DNA of 64,000 bases. Origin: Candidatus Pacearchaeota archaeon. Its GTDB lineage: Archaea > Nanobdellota > Nanobdellia > Pacearchaeales > GW2011-AR1. Made by a program: the position numbers and the translations under genes. A model generated the notes under the pieces. It made no database searches. It was given only the letters and a program-made list of their open reading frames with translations, and was not told the origin of the DNA. Positions 15,744 to 24,420 of the stretch are shown here, in pieces. The stretch spans positions 124,093-188,092 of the forward strand of contig JBNLCO010000010.1 in NCBI GenBank assembly GCA_050303855.1. The letters are read 5' to 3'. The stretch's first letter is position 1, and every line of letters begins with the position of its first letter.

Positions 15744-16235
15744 ATGGCGCAAAGAACACATAAAAGAAAAAAATCAACAAGATACCATGGAAGGAATATG
15801 GGTACTTCTAGCAATGGTTCTAGAAAAACACATAGAAGTTCAGGTAATAAAGGTGGAACGGGATTATCTGGTACTGGAAAGAGAGCAGACCATAAGAAAA
15901 CATTGATAAACAAATTATACGGAAATAATTACTTTGGGAAACAAGGAATTACCTCTAAGAAGACTCAGAGAGATAAGAGATTAAGAATAACTCTTTCTCA
16001 AATAATGAATAACCTTGAAAGCTATGGAAAAAAGACTGCAAAAGGTTGGGAAATTGATTTAAGCAAGTACAAAATACTTGGTAAAATTGAAGTTAAGGAA
16101 AAATTAATAATAAAGGCTCTTGAAGCATCAAAAGGAGCAATTGAATCGGTTAAGAAATCTGGTGGAGAGATAGTTTTGCCTGTTCCTAAAAAGAAGGTTG
16201 AAGTCAAAAGTTCCGACGATGGCAAAGAAGAATAG
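15744..16235 (+). CDS. rpl15: 50S ribosomal protein uL15
   Basis: MAQRTHKRKKSTRYHGRNMGTSSNGSRKTHRSSGNKGGTGLSGTGKRADHKK... Confidence 0.92.
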   Translation: MAQRTHKRKKSTRYHGRNMGTSSNGSRKTHRSSGNKGGTGLSGTGKRADHKKTLINKLYGNNYFGKQGITSKKTQRDKRLRITLSQIMNNLESYGKKTAKGWEIDLSKYKILGKIEVKEKLIIKALEASKGAIESVKKSGGEIVLPVPKKKVEVKSSDDGKEE

Positions 16236-16244
16236 TTTTAAAAA
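16236..16244 (+). promoter_or_regulatory. TATA-like box (TTTTAAAAA) about 27 nt upstream of the secY ATG
   Basis: It lies in the only sizeable spacer (31 nt) at the end of the r-protein string. The geometry matches the other leaderless promoters in the window. Confidence 0.5.
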
Positions 16245-16266
16245 CACTCTTTCTTAATTCTATACT

Positions 16267-17661
16267 ATGGCAAATCTTACGAAGATATTCTCTTTAATTC
16301 CTGAAGTTAGGAATCCAGATGAAAAGAAGCTAGCTTTTAATGTGAAGCTTAAGTGGACACTTGTTGTATTGATAGGATTTTTTATTTTAGCAAACATACC
16401 TTTGTTTGGTTTGACGAATAATGCTTTGGAGAGATTCCAATATTTAGCTATAATTTTAGGGACAGATTTTGGTTCAATAATTTCTTTAGGTATTGGTCCG
16501 ATCGTTATGGCTTCGATTATATTGCAGTTGTTAACGGGAGCGGGTATTTTAAACATAAATACAAACACTGCAGAAGGAAAGAAGTTTTTCCAAGGAGTTC
16601 AGAAATTAATGGTGTTCTTCTTTATATTATTTGAAGCCACAGTTTATGTATTAATGAAAGGTCTTGAAGCTGCCCCTGGACTTGCAGGAATAGTTATCTT
16701 CCAACTTATAATTGGAGGTATTGCGATTTACTATATGAATGAACTTTGTGAAAAATGGGGATTCGGTTCGGGAGTTAGTTTGTTCATTGCAGCGGGAGTA
16801 TCTTGGAATCTATTTACTGGTGCATTCCAGTTCATAAATCAGCAAGGTAGAAACTGTCTTGCAGATTTCTCGGGAACTGCATGTTCAGGAAAGATTTTCG
16901 TATTAATACAATCAATTGTGAATAAGTACCCTGTTGAATTTATGTCCGCACTTGGGGCTATTGTAGCAACGGTTGCTATATTTTTGTTGGTAGTTTGGGC
17001 CCAATCGCTTAAGGTAGAAATTCCTTTGAGTTTTGGAAGAATTAGAGGATATGGTGTAAAGTGGCCTTTGAGTTTCTTCTACGCTTCAGTTATCCCTGTT
17101 ATTTTAACTGCTGCTTTAGTTGCAAACATACAACTATTTGGAGGGCTTTTGGAGAATTGGAGAGGTCATGCAACATTCCTAGGTCATTTCGTAAATGGTC
17201 AGGCAGTGTCCGGTTTAGGGTTCTGGCTTGGGCATACGAATTTGCTTGAATTGGCAATAAGAGGAGGATTCTTACCTAGGTTCTTAGTCCAAGGATTGAC
17301 GCACATAATATTCTATACTGGACTTGCAATGTTGTTCTCGATATTTTGGGTTAAAAGTTCTGGAATGGACTCAAAAGCTCAAGCTCAAAAGATATCTTCA
17401 TCAGGATTACAAGTTGCAGGTTTCAGACAAGATAACAGAGTTTTGGAAAGCATATTAGATAGATATATAATGCCTTTAACAGTTATGGGAGGAGCGGCAA
17501 TAGGATTGCTAGCTGCTTTAACAGACTTGTTAGGTGCTATGGTTTCAGGAACAGCGATACTTTTGGTTATCATGATAATGTTCCAATTCTATCAGAGTAT
17601 TGCACAACAACACATGACAGATATGAATCCTGCTATGAGGAAGTTTATGGGAAATGCATAA
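16267..17661 (+). CDS. secY: preprotein translocase subunit SecY
   Basis: 464 aa, 10-TM-like profile, ...LGIGPIVMASIILQLL...; canonical position after uL15. Confidence 0.95.
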   Translation: MANLTKIFSLIPEVRNPDEKKLAFNVKLKWTLVVLIGFFILANIPLFGLTNNALERFQYLAIILGTDFGSIISLGIGPIVMASIILQLLTGAGILNINTNTAEGKKFFQGVQKLMVFFFILFEATVYVLMKGLEAAPGLAGIVIFQLIIGGIAIYYMNELCEKWGFGSGVSLFIAAGVSWNLFTGAFQFINQQGRNCLADFSGTACSGKIFVLIQSIVNKYPVEFMSALGAIVATVAIFLLVVWAQSLKVEIPLSFGRIRGYGVKWPLSFFYASVIPVILTAALVANIQLFGGLLENWRGHATFLGHFVNGQAVSGLGFWLGHTNLLELAIRGGFLPRFLVQGLTHIIFYTGLAMLFSIFWVKSSGMDSKAQAQKISSSGLQVAGFRQDNRVLESILDRYIMPLTVMGGAAIGLLAALTDLLGAMVSGTAILLVIMIMFQFYQSIAQQHMTDMNPAMRKFMGNA

Positions 17662-17662
17662 G

Positions 17663-18376
17663 ATGACAGAAGAAGAAAATACAAAAAAAGAGGAAGTGGA
17701 CGATACTGTTTCTGAAGAAGTTTTGAAGGTTGAAGAGAAAACTCCCGAGGAAGATAAAAAAACTGAAGAAGTTAAAGAGGAAATTGTTCAAGAGAAAAAA
17801 ACTGATCCAAGGAATTCAAGCAACCTTATGAAAGATAAGAATGCTAAAGAAGGAAGTTTTACACCATTAGTTTTGATTATGATTGCTTCACTAGTTATTG
17901 CATTTTATTGGGATAAAATATCATTCATAAAAGAAGCGATACACTTTATTTTTAATCCAACCGCTGGAGCATTATTGGATTGGAATTTAAACATTGGTAT
18001 GTTGATTATAGTTTTTATTATTTCTATTATTACAACACTAGTTCAGAAATATGCAACGGACCAAGATAAGTTGAAAGAATTGAAGAAAGAGCAGAAAGAA
18101 ATACAAAAGCAGATGAAAGAGTTCAAGAATCATCCTGAGAAAATCATGGAGTTGCAGAAAAAACAATTTGCAATGATGCCAAAGCAGATGAAGTTGTCTA
18201 TGAGAGGTATTGCTTATACAGGTATACCGTTTATATTGTTCTTTAGATGGTTTAATGATTATTTCTTAGCTGCAGGAAATCCAAAATTCATTCTTGGATT
18301 GAGTTGGTTCTGGTTCTATTTGATATTTGCAATGGTATTCAGTTCTATCCTTAGGAAGAAAATGGATGTTGTTTAG
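17663..18376 (+). CDS. DUF106 / EMC3-TMCO1-like archaeal YidC/Oxa1-type insertase homolog with an acidic N-terminal extension
   Basis: The ATG at 17663 (TAA-G-ATG) is preferred over the track start at 17654. A TM segment is followed by a coiled-coil hairpin (QDKLKELKKEQKEIQKQMKEFKNHPEKIMELQKKQFAMMPKQMK) and then more TM segments. This gene neighbours secY in many archaea. Confidence 0.75.
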   Translation: MTEEENTKKEEVDDTVSEEVLKVEEKTPEEDKKTEEVKEEIVQEKKTDPRNSSNLMKDKNAKEGSFTPLVLIMIASLVIAFYWDKISFIKEAIHFIFNPTAGALLDWNLNIGMLIIVFIISIITTLVQKYATDQDKLKELKKEQKEIQKQMKEFKNHPEKIMELQKKQFAMMPKQMKLSMRGIAYTGIPFILFFRWFNDYFLAAGNPKFILGLSWFWFYLIFAMVFSSILRKKMDVV

Positions 18377-18389
18377 ACCATTCAAAACC

Positions 18390-18398
18390 CTTAAAAAT
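18390..18398 (+). promoter_or_regulatory. TATA-like box (CTTAAAAAT) about 25 nt upstream of the ATG at 18419
   Basis: Spacing and composition as at the other operon-leading genes. Confidence 0.45.
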
Positions 18399-18418
18399 GC
18401 TTTTTATCTGGATTATTC

Positions 18419-18820
18419 ATGGCTAAAAGTGAGAAATCAGAACAAGAACTTATGATGAAGTTTAGTATGTTTGAACAGCAAATAAGACTAATTCAAGATC
18501 AACTTCAGGCAGTTGAACAGAAAATACTAGAATTGAAAGATATAGAATTAGGCCTTGAAGAATTAATCGGTAAAGCGAACTCAGAAATCTATGCTCCAGT
18601 TGGAAGCGGAATATATGTTAAAGCAAAATTGGAATCAGAAGAGTTATTAGTTAATGTTGGAGGGAGAAACCTTATTTCAAAAGATATTCCTGAAACAAGA
18701 AAGATTTTACAAGAACAAATAAAGAAATTAGAGGGAATAAGAGGGGACTTGAATAAAGAAATGGATAAAATCAATGACGAAGTAACTAAGGTTTTTATGG
18801 AACACAAAGAAAATAACTAA
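18419..18820 (+). CDS. pfdA: prefoldin alpha subunit
   Basis: 133 aa. Two coiled-coil arms flank the beta-hairpin region ...IYAPVGSGIYVKAKLESEELLVNVGGRNLISKD... Confidence 0.8.
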   Translation: MAKSEKSEQELMMKFSMFEQQIRLIQDQLQAVEQKILELKDIELGLEELIGKANSEIYAPVGSGIYVKAKLESEELLVNVGGRNLISKDIPETRKILQEQIKKLEGIRGDLNKEMDKINDEVTKVFMEHKENN

Positions 18821-18823
18821 TAA

Positions 18824-19642
18824 TTATTTCATCATTTTTCTTATGAAAGTATTGTAGGACATAAAACCCTCTTCAGTTATTATTCCAGAAATGTATTTTT
18901 TATCGATAAATTCAAATGCGGGATTTTTTATTTTTATTTTTCTTGGAGCGTTATCCCAAATTTCATTTAATTTTCTTTGTTCAATAGGCACAGGGCTTTT
19001 TGTGAATTTCCAAGAGTCTGCAACTATGTAAAAAGGTATTTTTTCGTCCTTGGCGATTCTGGCTACAAGTTCCGAACCCACTTTATTGATAACTCCATTT
19101 TTTGTCAGGGCATCGGCTCCAAGAAAGACAATTGAGACTTTTTTTGTTCCTTGTTCCTTCCCAAGTGCAATTCCAATAGCAGAATCTACAAACATAGTAA
19201 CTTTTATTCCTGCTTTACGAAGTTCTTTTGAAGTTTTTCTTCCTTGGAATAGAGGTCGAGTCTCAGTGTTATACACTTCAAACTTTTTTCCCTTATTATG
19301 AGAATATTTTAGAGCATTAGAAACATTTGTAGAATGGCAATGTGTGAATATTACTGAATTTGGTTTTATTATTTTATGAACGTAAGAATTTATTTTATCT
19401 TGAGCGGAATCAAAATGGTATAGAATTGTCTCTTTTGGAATTCCCAATTCGGCCATTTCCAACACATTTTCCATCATTGGCTCGGTAGGTCTAGATTTAA
19501 GGAGGGCTTTCTTTGATTTCTTTGAAGGAACTAAGAAATAAGCTTTTATTGCTGCTTTAGCAACATTACGCGCCCCTTGTATTTTTACGGATTTTATATC
19601 CCTTACAACTTTATCAAACTTCTTTTGTTTTGAAAACATCAT
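18824..19642 (-). CDS. eIF-2B alpha/beta/delta-family protein (candidate ribose-1,5-bisphosphate isomerase / aIF-2B-II-like)
   Basis: 272 aa, ...IQGARNVAKAAIKAY...VIFTHCHSTNV...VFLGADALTKNGVINKVGSELVA... is the typical IF-2B fold family. GAGGTG lies just upstream of the ATG. Confidence 0.65.
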   Translation of the reverse strand: MMFSKQKKFDKVVRDIKSVKIQGARNVAKAAIKAYFLVPSKKSKKALLKSRPTEPMMENVLEMAELGIPKETILYHFDSAQDKINSYVHKIIKPNSVIFTHCHSTNVSNALKYSHNKGKKFEVYNTETRPLFQGRKTSKELRKAGIKVTMFVDSAIGIALGKEQGTKKVSIVFLGADALTKNGVINKVGSELVARIAKDEKIPFYIVADSWKFTKSPVPIEQRKLNEIWDNAPRKIKIKNPAFEFIDKKYISGIITEEGFMSYNTFIRKMMK

Positions 19643-19723
19643 ACACCTCTTTGAGTCTTAAGAAAGATGAATATAAAAATTGTTCGTAAGAATATTATTT
19701 CTAATGTGTCCAACCTAAGAACA

Positions 19724-19733
19724 TTTAAAAATA
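19724..19733 (+). promoter_or_regulatory. TATA-like box (TTTAAAAATA) about 25 nt upstream of the ATG at 19753
   Basis: Same geometry as the other promoters in the window. Confidence 0.5.
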
Positions 19734-19752
19734 TCTTTTATTATTTTTAGTT

Positions 19753-20619
19753 ATGCTTGAAAGAATAATAAGCCCAAAAACAGGTGAGAAATATCCGTGG
19801 AGAATGTTCTTTGTAGGAATAATTTACGCTTCTCTTTCACTATTGCTTGTTCATTGGTTGTTTGGAGATGACCCTAGTCTGTCTGGAGCATCAGGGATGA
19901 TGGTTGTTCTATTTTGCATAATGTTTACATTACCTTATATGTATTTTATAATACGTAGAGAGGAAAGAGAAGACGAAGGCGTAGAGGGTTTCTTTGGTGT
20001 TTGGAAAGTTCATAAAGACGCAATTTATTCCCTTATGTGGTTGTTCTTTGGTTTTATAGTTGCTTTTGCTTTCTGGAATATGATCTTGCAAGACCCAAAT
20101 CTTCTAAATTTCCAAGTTCAAACTTACTGTCAAATAAATGATCCTGCAAATGTTTCAAGATGTGTCTCTGACTATTCATTTGAAAGTATTGGGCAGTCTC
20201 TTGGAACTGGTGCTGCAACAAAGGAATTAAGATTGTTGGCAATTATCGAAAATAATGTATATGTTATGATCTTTACTTTAATATTTTCATTGTTGTTTGG
20301 TGCTGGAGCAATATTTATTTTGGTATGGAATGCTAGCGTTATATCCGCAGCAATAGGTATTTTCTCCAGATATAATCTGAAAGATCTTCCATTGGGCATT
20401 GCAAGATATATGATCCATGGATTCCCTGAAATCGCAGCTTACTTCATAACGGCTCTTGCAGGAGGAATGTTTGGAGTAGGAATTTTAAGGCATGGCTTCA
20501 AGGATAAAAGAACACTTAGAGTAATTGAGAATTCTATAATACTTCTGTTTATTGCAATAATTGTAATTATTCTTGCAGGGATTATTGAGGTTTATATAAC
20601 TCCTCTTCTGTTTGGGTAG
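19753..20619 (+). CDS. SpoIIM-like (DUF95) integral membrane protein
   Basis: 288 aa, ...IIENNVYVMIFTLIFSLLFGAGAIFILVWNASVI...IHGFPEIAAYFITALAGG... is the pattern of the stage-II-sporulation-protein-M family. Confidence 0.65.
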   Translation: MLERIISPKTGEKYPWRMFFVGIIYASLSLLLVHWLFGDDPSLSGASGMMVVLFCIMFTLPYMYFIIRREEREDEGVEGFFGVWKVHKDAIYSLMWLFFGFIVAFAFWNMILQDPNLLNFQVQTYCQINDPANVSRCVSDYSFESIGQSLGTGAATKELRLLAIIENNVYVMIFTLIFSLLFGAGAIFILVWNASVISAAIGIFSRYNLKDLPLGIARYMIHGFPEIAAYFITALAGGMFGVGILRHGFKDKRTLRVIENSIILLFIAIIVIILAGIIEVYITPLLFG

Positions 20620-20620
20620 A

Positions 20621-20630
20621 TTTAAAAAAA
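20621..20630 (+). promoter_or_regulatory. TATA-like box (TTTAAAAAAA) about 25 nt upstream of the ATG at 20650
   Basis: Same geometry as the other promoters in the window. Confidence 0.5.
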
Positions 20631-20649
20631 CCCAAATCAATAGAAAAGT

Positions 20650-21636
20650 ATGGAACCCTTAATTGCAATAACAATTTTTGCGAGTTTTTTTTGCTCATTT
20701 TTGATAACACCCCTTTGGATAAGGAAAGCCAAGTCTTTAGGGTTAACAGGTAAAGATATTCACAAGAAAAAATCTGAAGAGGTAGCAGAAGGGGGAGGAG
20801 TAGGTATCTTGTTTGGATTTACAATAGGCGTTTTACTTTATGTTGCAATAAATACGTTCTACTTTAACAATACTACCAAACTTACAGAAATATTTGCTTT
20901 ACTTTGTGTTATATTCATAGGGTCAATTGTAGGAATAGTTGATGATTTGACTGGATGGAAAAAGGGGTTGAGTAGGAAGATAAGAATTGCGATAGTTGTA
21001 TTTGCTGCAATTCCTTTAATGGTTATAAACGCGGGGGAATCTTCTATACTTGGAATAAATCTGGGCATATTCTTCCCATTGATAGTTATACCTCTTGGGA
21101 TTGTTGGGGCGACAACAGTTTACAACACTCTAGCTGGATACAATGGTCTTGAAACTTCGCAAGGTATGCTTTTACTTGGAGCTTTGGCTTATATTACATA
21201 CATTACGGGAAACCCTTGGTTAAGTGTTGTTGCATTGTGTATGGTTGCTGCTCTTCTTGCATTCTACTTTTTCAATATGAATCCTGCTAAAATCTTCCCA
21301 GGAGATATTACAACATACTCAATTGGGGCTCTATTTGGGGGGATTGCTATAATTGGAAATGTAGAAAAAATAGCTTTGTTCTTTTTCATACCCTATATAT
21401 TTGAGATCATATTAAAGATCAGAGGTAAATTGGAAAAGGAGAGTTTTGGTAAATTAAACCAAGATGGAGAAAGTCTTGATTTGAGGTATAATAAGATATA
21501 TGGTCTTGAACATCTTGCTATAAAAATATTAAAGAAAGTCAAGAAATCTGGAAAAGCATACGAAAACGAAGTGGTCTGGTTGATAAATGGTTTCCAATTA
21601 TTAATAATTATTCTTGGACTTTTGATATTCTTTTAA
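20650..21636 (+). CDS. polyprenyl/dolichyl-phosphate HexNAc-1-phosphate transferase (MraY/WecA/AglH superfamily, Pfam Glycos_transf_4)
   Basis: 328 aa polytopic protein with ...GSIVGIVDDLTGW...TVYNTLAGYNGLETSQG...NPAKIFPGDITTYSIGA... Confidence 0.8.
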   Translation: MEPLIAITIFASFFCSFLITPLWIRKAKSLGLTGKDIHKKKSEEVAEGGGVGILFGFTIGVLLYVAINTFYFNNTTKLTEIFALLCVIFIGSIVGIVDDLTGWKKGLSRKIRIAIVVFAAIPLMVINAGESSILGINLGIFFPLIVIPLGIVGATTVYNTLAGYNGLETSQGMLLLGALAYITYITGNPWLSVVALCMVAALLAFYFFNMNPAKIFPGDITTYSIGALFGGIAIIGNVEKIALFFFIPYIFEIILKIRGKLEKESFGKLNQDGESLDLRYNKIYGLEHLAIKILKKVKKSGKAYENEVVWLINGFQLLIIILGLLIFF

Positions 21637-21645
21637 TAAAAAAGG

Positions 21646-21653
21646 TTTTAAAT
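21646..21653 (+). promoter_or_regulatory. TATA-like box (TTTTAAAT) about 24 nt upstream of the aglB ATG
   Basis: Same geometry as the other promoters in the window. Confidence 0.45.
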
Positions 21654-21673
21654 GATCATTATTTATCAAGAAG

Positions 21674-24415
21674 ATGAGTGATAAAGAATTTTCCCTAAAT
21701 GTTAAGGAAATTAAGAGTAGTTACAAAAAATCTAAGCATTTCTTTATGGACAAAAGAGTACAATTAATCCTTACTGCAGTTATTTTTCTTATTATACTAA
21801 TATCTGCTTCTGTAATAAGAACCTCCAATTTGGACAATCTTAAAGACATGACTACCGGAAACTATTCTGCAGCAGATCCAGATGCTCTTTATTTCCTAAG
21901 GCTGTCCCACGTTGTTCTTGACCAAGGAAATTTAAATGGTGTTGATGCTTTAAGGGCTCCAGGTTTAAACATACCTTATCTTAAGGAGATTGCCCCTTAC
22001 ACAATTGTTGGAATTTACAAAATAGCTAGTGTGTTTAGCCAGGGGGCAGATCTTAACTTCATTGCGGTAATTTCGCCAGTAATATTCTTCATTTTGGGAC
22101 TAATTGTCTTTTTCTTTCTCTGTTATTATTTAACAAAATCAAAACTTGTTGCTTTACTTTCTTCCGCATTTTTAGCATTTTCACCTGCATATTTGTTTAG
22201 AACTATGTCTGGAGTTTTAGATCACGATTCTATAGGTATGTTGGGAATATTTGCGACACTACTCGTTTTTGCTGTAGGCTCTAAGAGATATAATAAATCA
22301 AAAAATAAAACTTTGTTGTGGGGAGGAATTTTGGGCCTATCAACAGCATTCGCATTGGGAGCATGGGCAGGAGGGGTTACATTCTTGTTTATGATTATAC
22401 CTCTTGCAATAATTGTTAATTACTTGTTTAACCTTGAAGGGAAAAAGGAGGAAAAAGAGAAACTAATTTTATTCAATATAACTTGGCTTGTTTCATATGT
22501 AATCTTCACTAGAATCATTGGATTTGCTATGTCTGATATACTTAATCGGTTGACAAATCCTTCAAGTATGTTGGTATTACTCGTCTTAGGTTTTATCGTG
22601 GTGGATTATCTTGTTGAAAGAAACATGAAGAAGTTGAAAATGATTAAAGAAGAAAATAGGGTTGCTTATTCTATTGTTGCAGCAATAATTTTGGGAATCT
22701 TATTATTGACTTTGACGGGAAACAATTTCTTCTCTATGGTCTCTCAAATATATTATAAAATCTTGAATCCTTTCGGTTACGGAGGAAGATTAGGTTCCAC
22801 CGTTTCAGAAAATGCCCAACCGTATCTAACCTCTTGGATAAGCCAAATAGGAAAGGGTCTGTTCGCTTTATTCTTTGCAGGAATGGTTCTTATGGGGTTT
22901 GATTTTTCTAAGAAGATCGGCTCTAAAAAACACCGTATTTATTTTGTTGCGTTTTGGATAATCCTTATATCAGGGATATTATTTAGTAGAATCTCTCAAG
23001 GCCATATACTAAACGGAGAAAATTTCATAAGTCAAATATTTTACATTGGAGGATTTTTATTATTCCTTATTTATTTCGTAAGACTATATTTCAAAAACAG
23101 ATTTGAGATAGACAAAGACATGATCTTGGTTTTCTCTTGGATGTTATTCATGTTAGTTCTTAGTAGGGCTGCTGCAAGAACAATATTTGTTGCAACACCC
23201 TTTGCATGTTTCGCTGCAAGCTATTTGCTTGTTGGGTTGGGAAAGAGATTGAGAAAACCTAGAGAAGATACGATGAAAATGATTCTTTGGTTAATTTTCA
23301 TAATAGGAGTTATACTTGCATTCGTTTCTTTATTTGGAAACCCTTTAACTCAGTCTCCAGGTACGTATCAAATACTTAAGAATCAGGCGTCAGGCATCGG
23401 TCAAGCAGCAAATTATCAATGGCAATACGCAATGGAGTGGGCAAGAGATAATACTGGAGAAGGAGATATTTTTGTACACTGGTGGGATTATGGGTATCTC
23501 GTCCAAACCCTAGCAAATAGAAAGACCGTTAGTGATGGAGGTCATGCTGCAGGAGATTCAGGAGACCATAATGTAGGGAGATACATCTTAACAACCCCTA
23601 ACCCTATTACTGCCTTGAGCTATATGAAGACTTGGAATGTTTCCTATTTGATAATTGATCCAACAGATCTTGGAAAATATGGAGCATATTCAAAGATTGG
23701 AAGTGATAAGGATTATGATAGATACTCAGCTCCATTTGCTTTAGCAAAAGAAGATAGTCAAACTGTTGAAACTTCTTCAGGAAACAAATTTGTTTACCAA
23801 GGAAGTAGTTTTGTTGACGGAGATATCAGCTATCAAGATATATTCATCCCTGGACCAAGCTTTACAGAATCAGGACAAGCAACTGCGAACGCATACATTA
23901 TAGGATTACTTTTAGAAACCTCCGATGTGTCGGAAGGAAGAACCGAGATAAAACAACCCCAAGCAGTATTCTACTATAAAGATAAACAATATCAAATTCC
24001 CATAAGATATGTGTATTATCAAGGAAGGATTATGGATTTCCAATCAGGTATAGAATCAACATTCGTTTTGATTCCTAAAGTAAATGAAGACTCTTTAGGG
24101 TCAATAGGCATTGATTATACAGGGGCAGGAATGTATTTATCAGAAAAAGTCTCCGATAGTCTATTTGCAAACCTTTATTTGATGGATGATCCATTCAATA
24201 AATACCCTACAATCACTCTTGCAAATTCTGAAGATGATTACGTTGTTAATGCTTTGAAACAACAGGGTGCAGAGGTTGGGGACTTTGTATATTATGGTGG
24301 TTTCAGAGGTCCTTTAAAAATTTGGAAAGTAGAATACCCTCAAGGAACTGAAACACATGATGAATTCTTGCAGTTGACTTCTAATTGGGAAGGAGAATTA
24401 GATAAATTATTTTGA
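21674..24415 (+). CDS. aglB: archaeal oligosaccharyltransferase AglB (STT3 family)
   Basis: 913 aa with a multi-TM N-terminal half and the catalytic WWDYGY motif (...IFVHWWDYGYLVQ...). Confidence 0.92.
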   Translation: MSDKEFSLNVKEIKSSYKKSKHFFMDKRVQLILTAVIFLIILISASVIRTSNLDNLKDMTTGNYSAADPDALYFLRLSHVVLDQGNLNGVDALRAPGLNIPYLKEIAPYTIVGIYKIASVFSQGADLNFIAVISPVIFFILGLIVFFFLCYYLTKSKLVALLSSAFLAFSPAYLFRTMSGVLDHDSIGMLGIFATLLVFAVGSKRYNKSKNKTLLWGGILGLSTAFALGAWAGGVTFLFMIIPLAIIVNYLFNLEGKKEEKEKLILFNITWLVSYVIFTRIIGFAMSDILNRLTNPSSMLVLLVLGFIVVDYLVERNMKKLKMIKEENRVAYSIVAAIILGILLLTLTGNNFFSMVSQIYYKILNPFGYGGRLGSTVSENAQPYLTSWISQIGKGLFALFFAGMVLMGFDFSKKIGSKKHRIYFVAFWIILISGILFSRISQGHILNGENFISQIFYIGGFLLFLIYFVRLYFKNRFEIDKDMILVFSWMLFMLVLSRAAARTIFVATPFACFAASYLLVGLGKRLRKPREDTMKMILWLIFIIGVILAFVSLFGNPLTQSPGTYQILKNQASGIGQAANYQWQYAMEWARDNTGEGDIFVHWWDYGYLVQTLANRKTVSDGGHAAGDSGDHNVGRYILTTPNPITALSYMKTWNVSYLIIDPTDLGKYGAYSKIGSDKDYDRYSAPFALAKEDSQTVETSSGNKFVYQGSSFVDGDISYQDIFIPGPSFTESGQATANAYIIGLLLETSDVSEGRTEIKQPQAVFYYKDKQYQIPIRYVYYQGRIMDFQSGIESTFVLIPKVNEDSLGSIGIDYTGAGMYLSEKVSDSLFANLYLMDDPFNKYPTITLANSEDDYVVNALKQQGAEVGDFVYYGGFRGPLKIWKVEYPQGTETHDEFLQLTSNWEGELDKLF

Positions 24416-24420
24416 GAACA

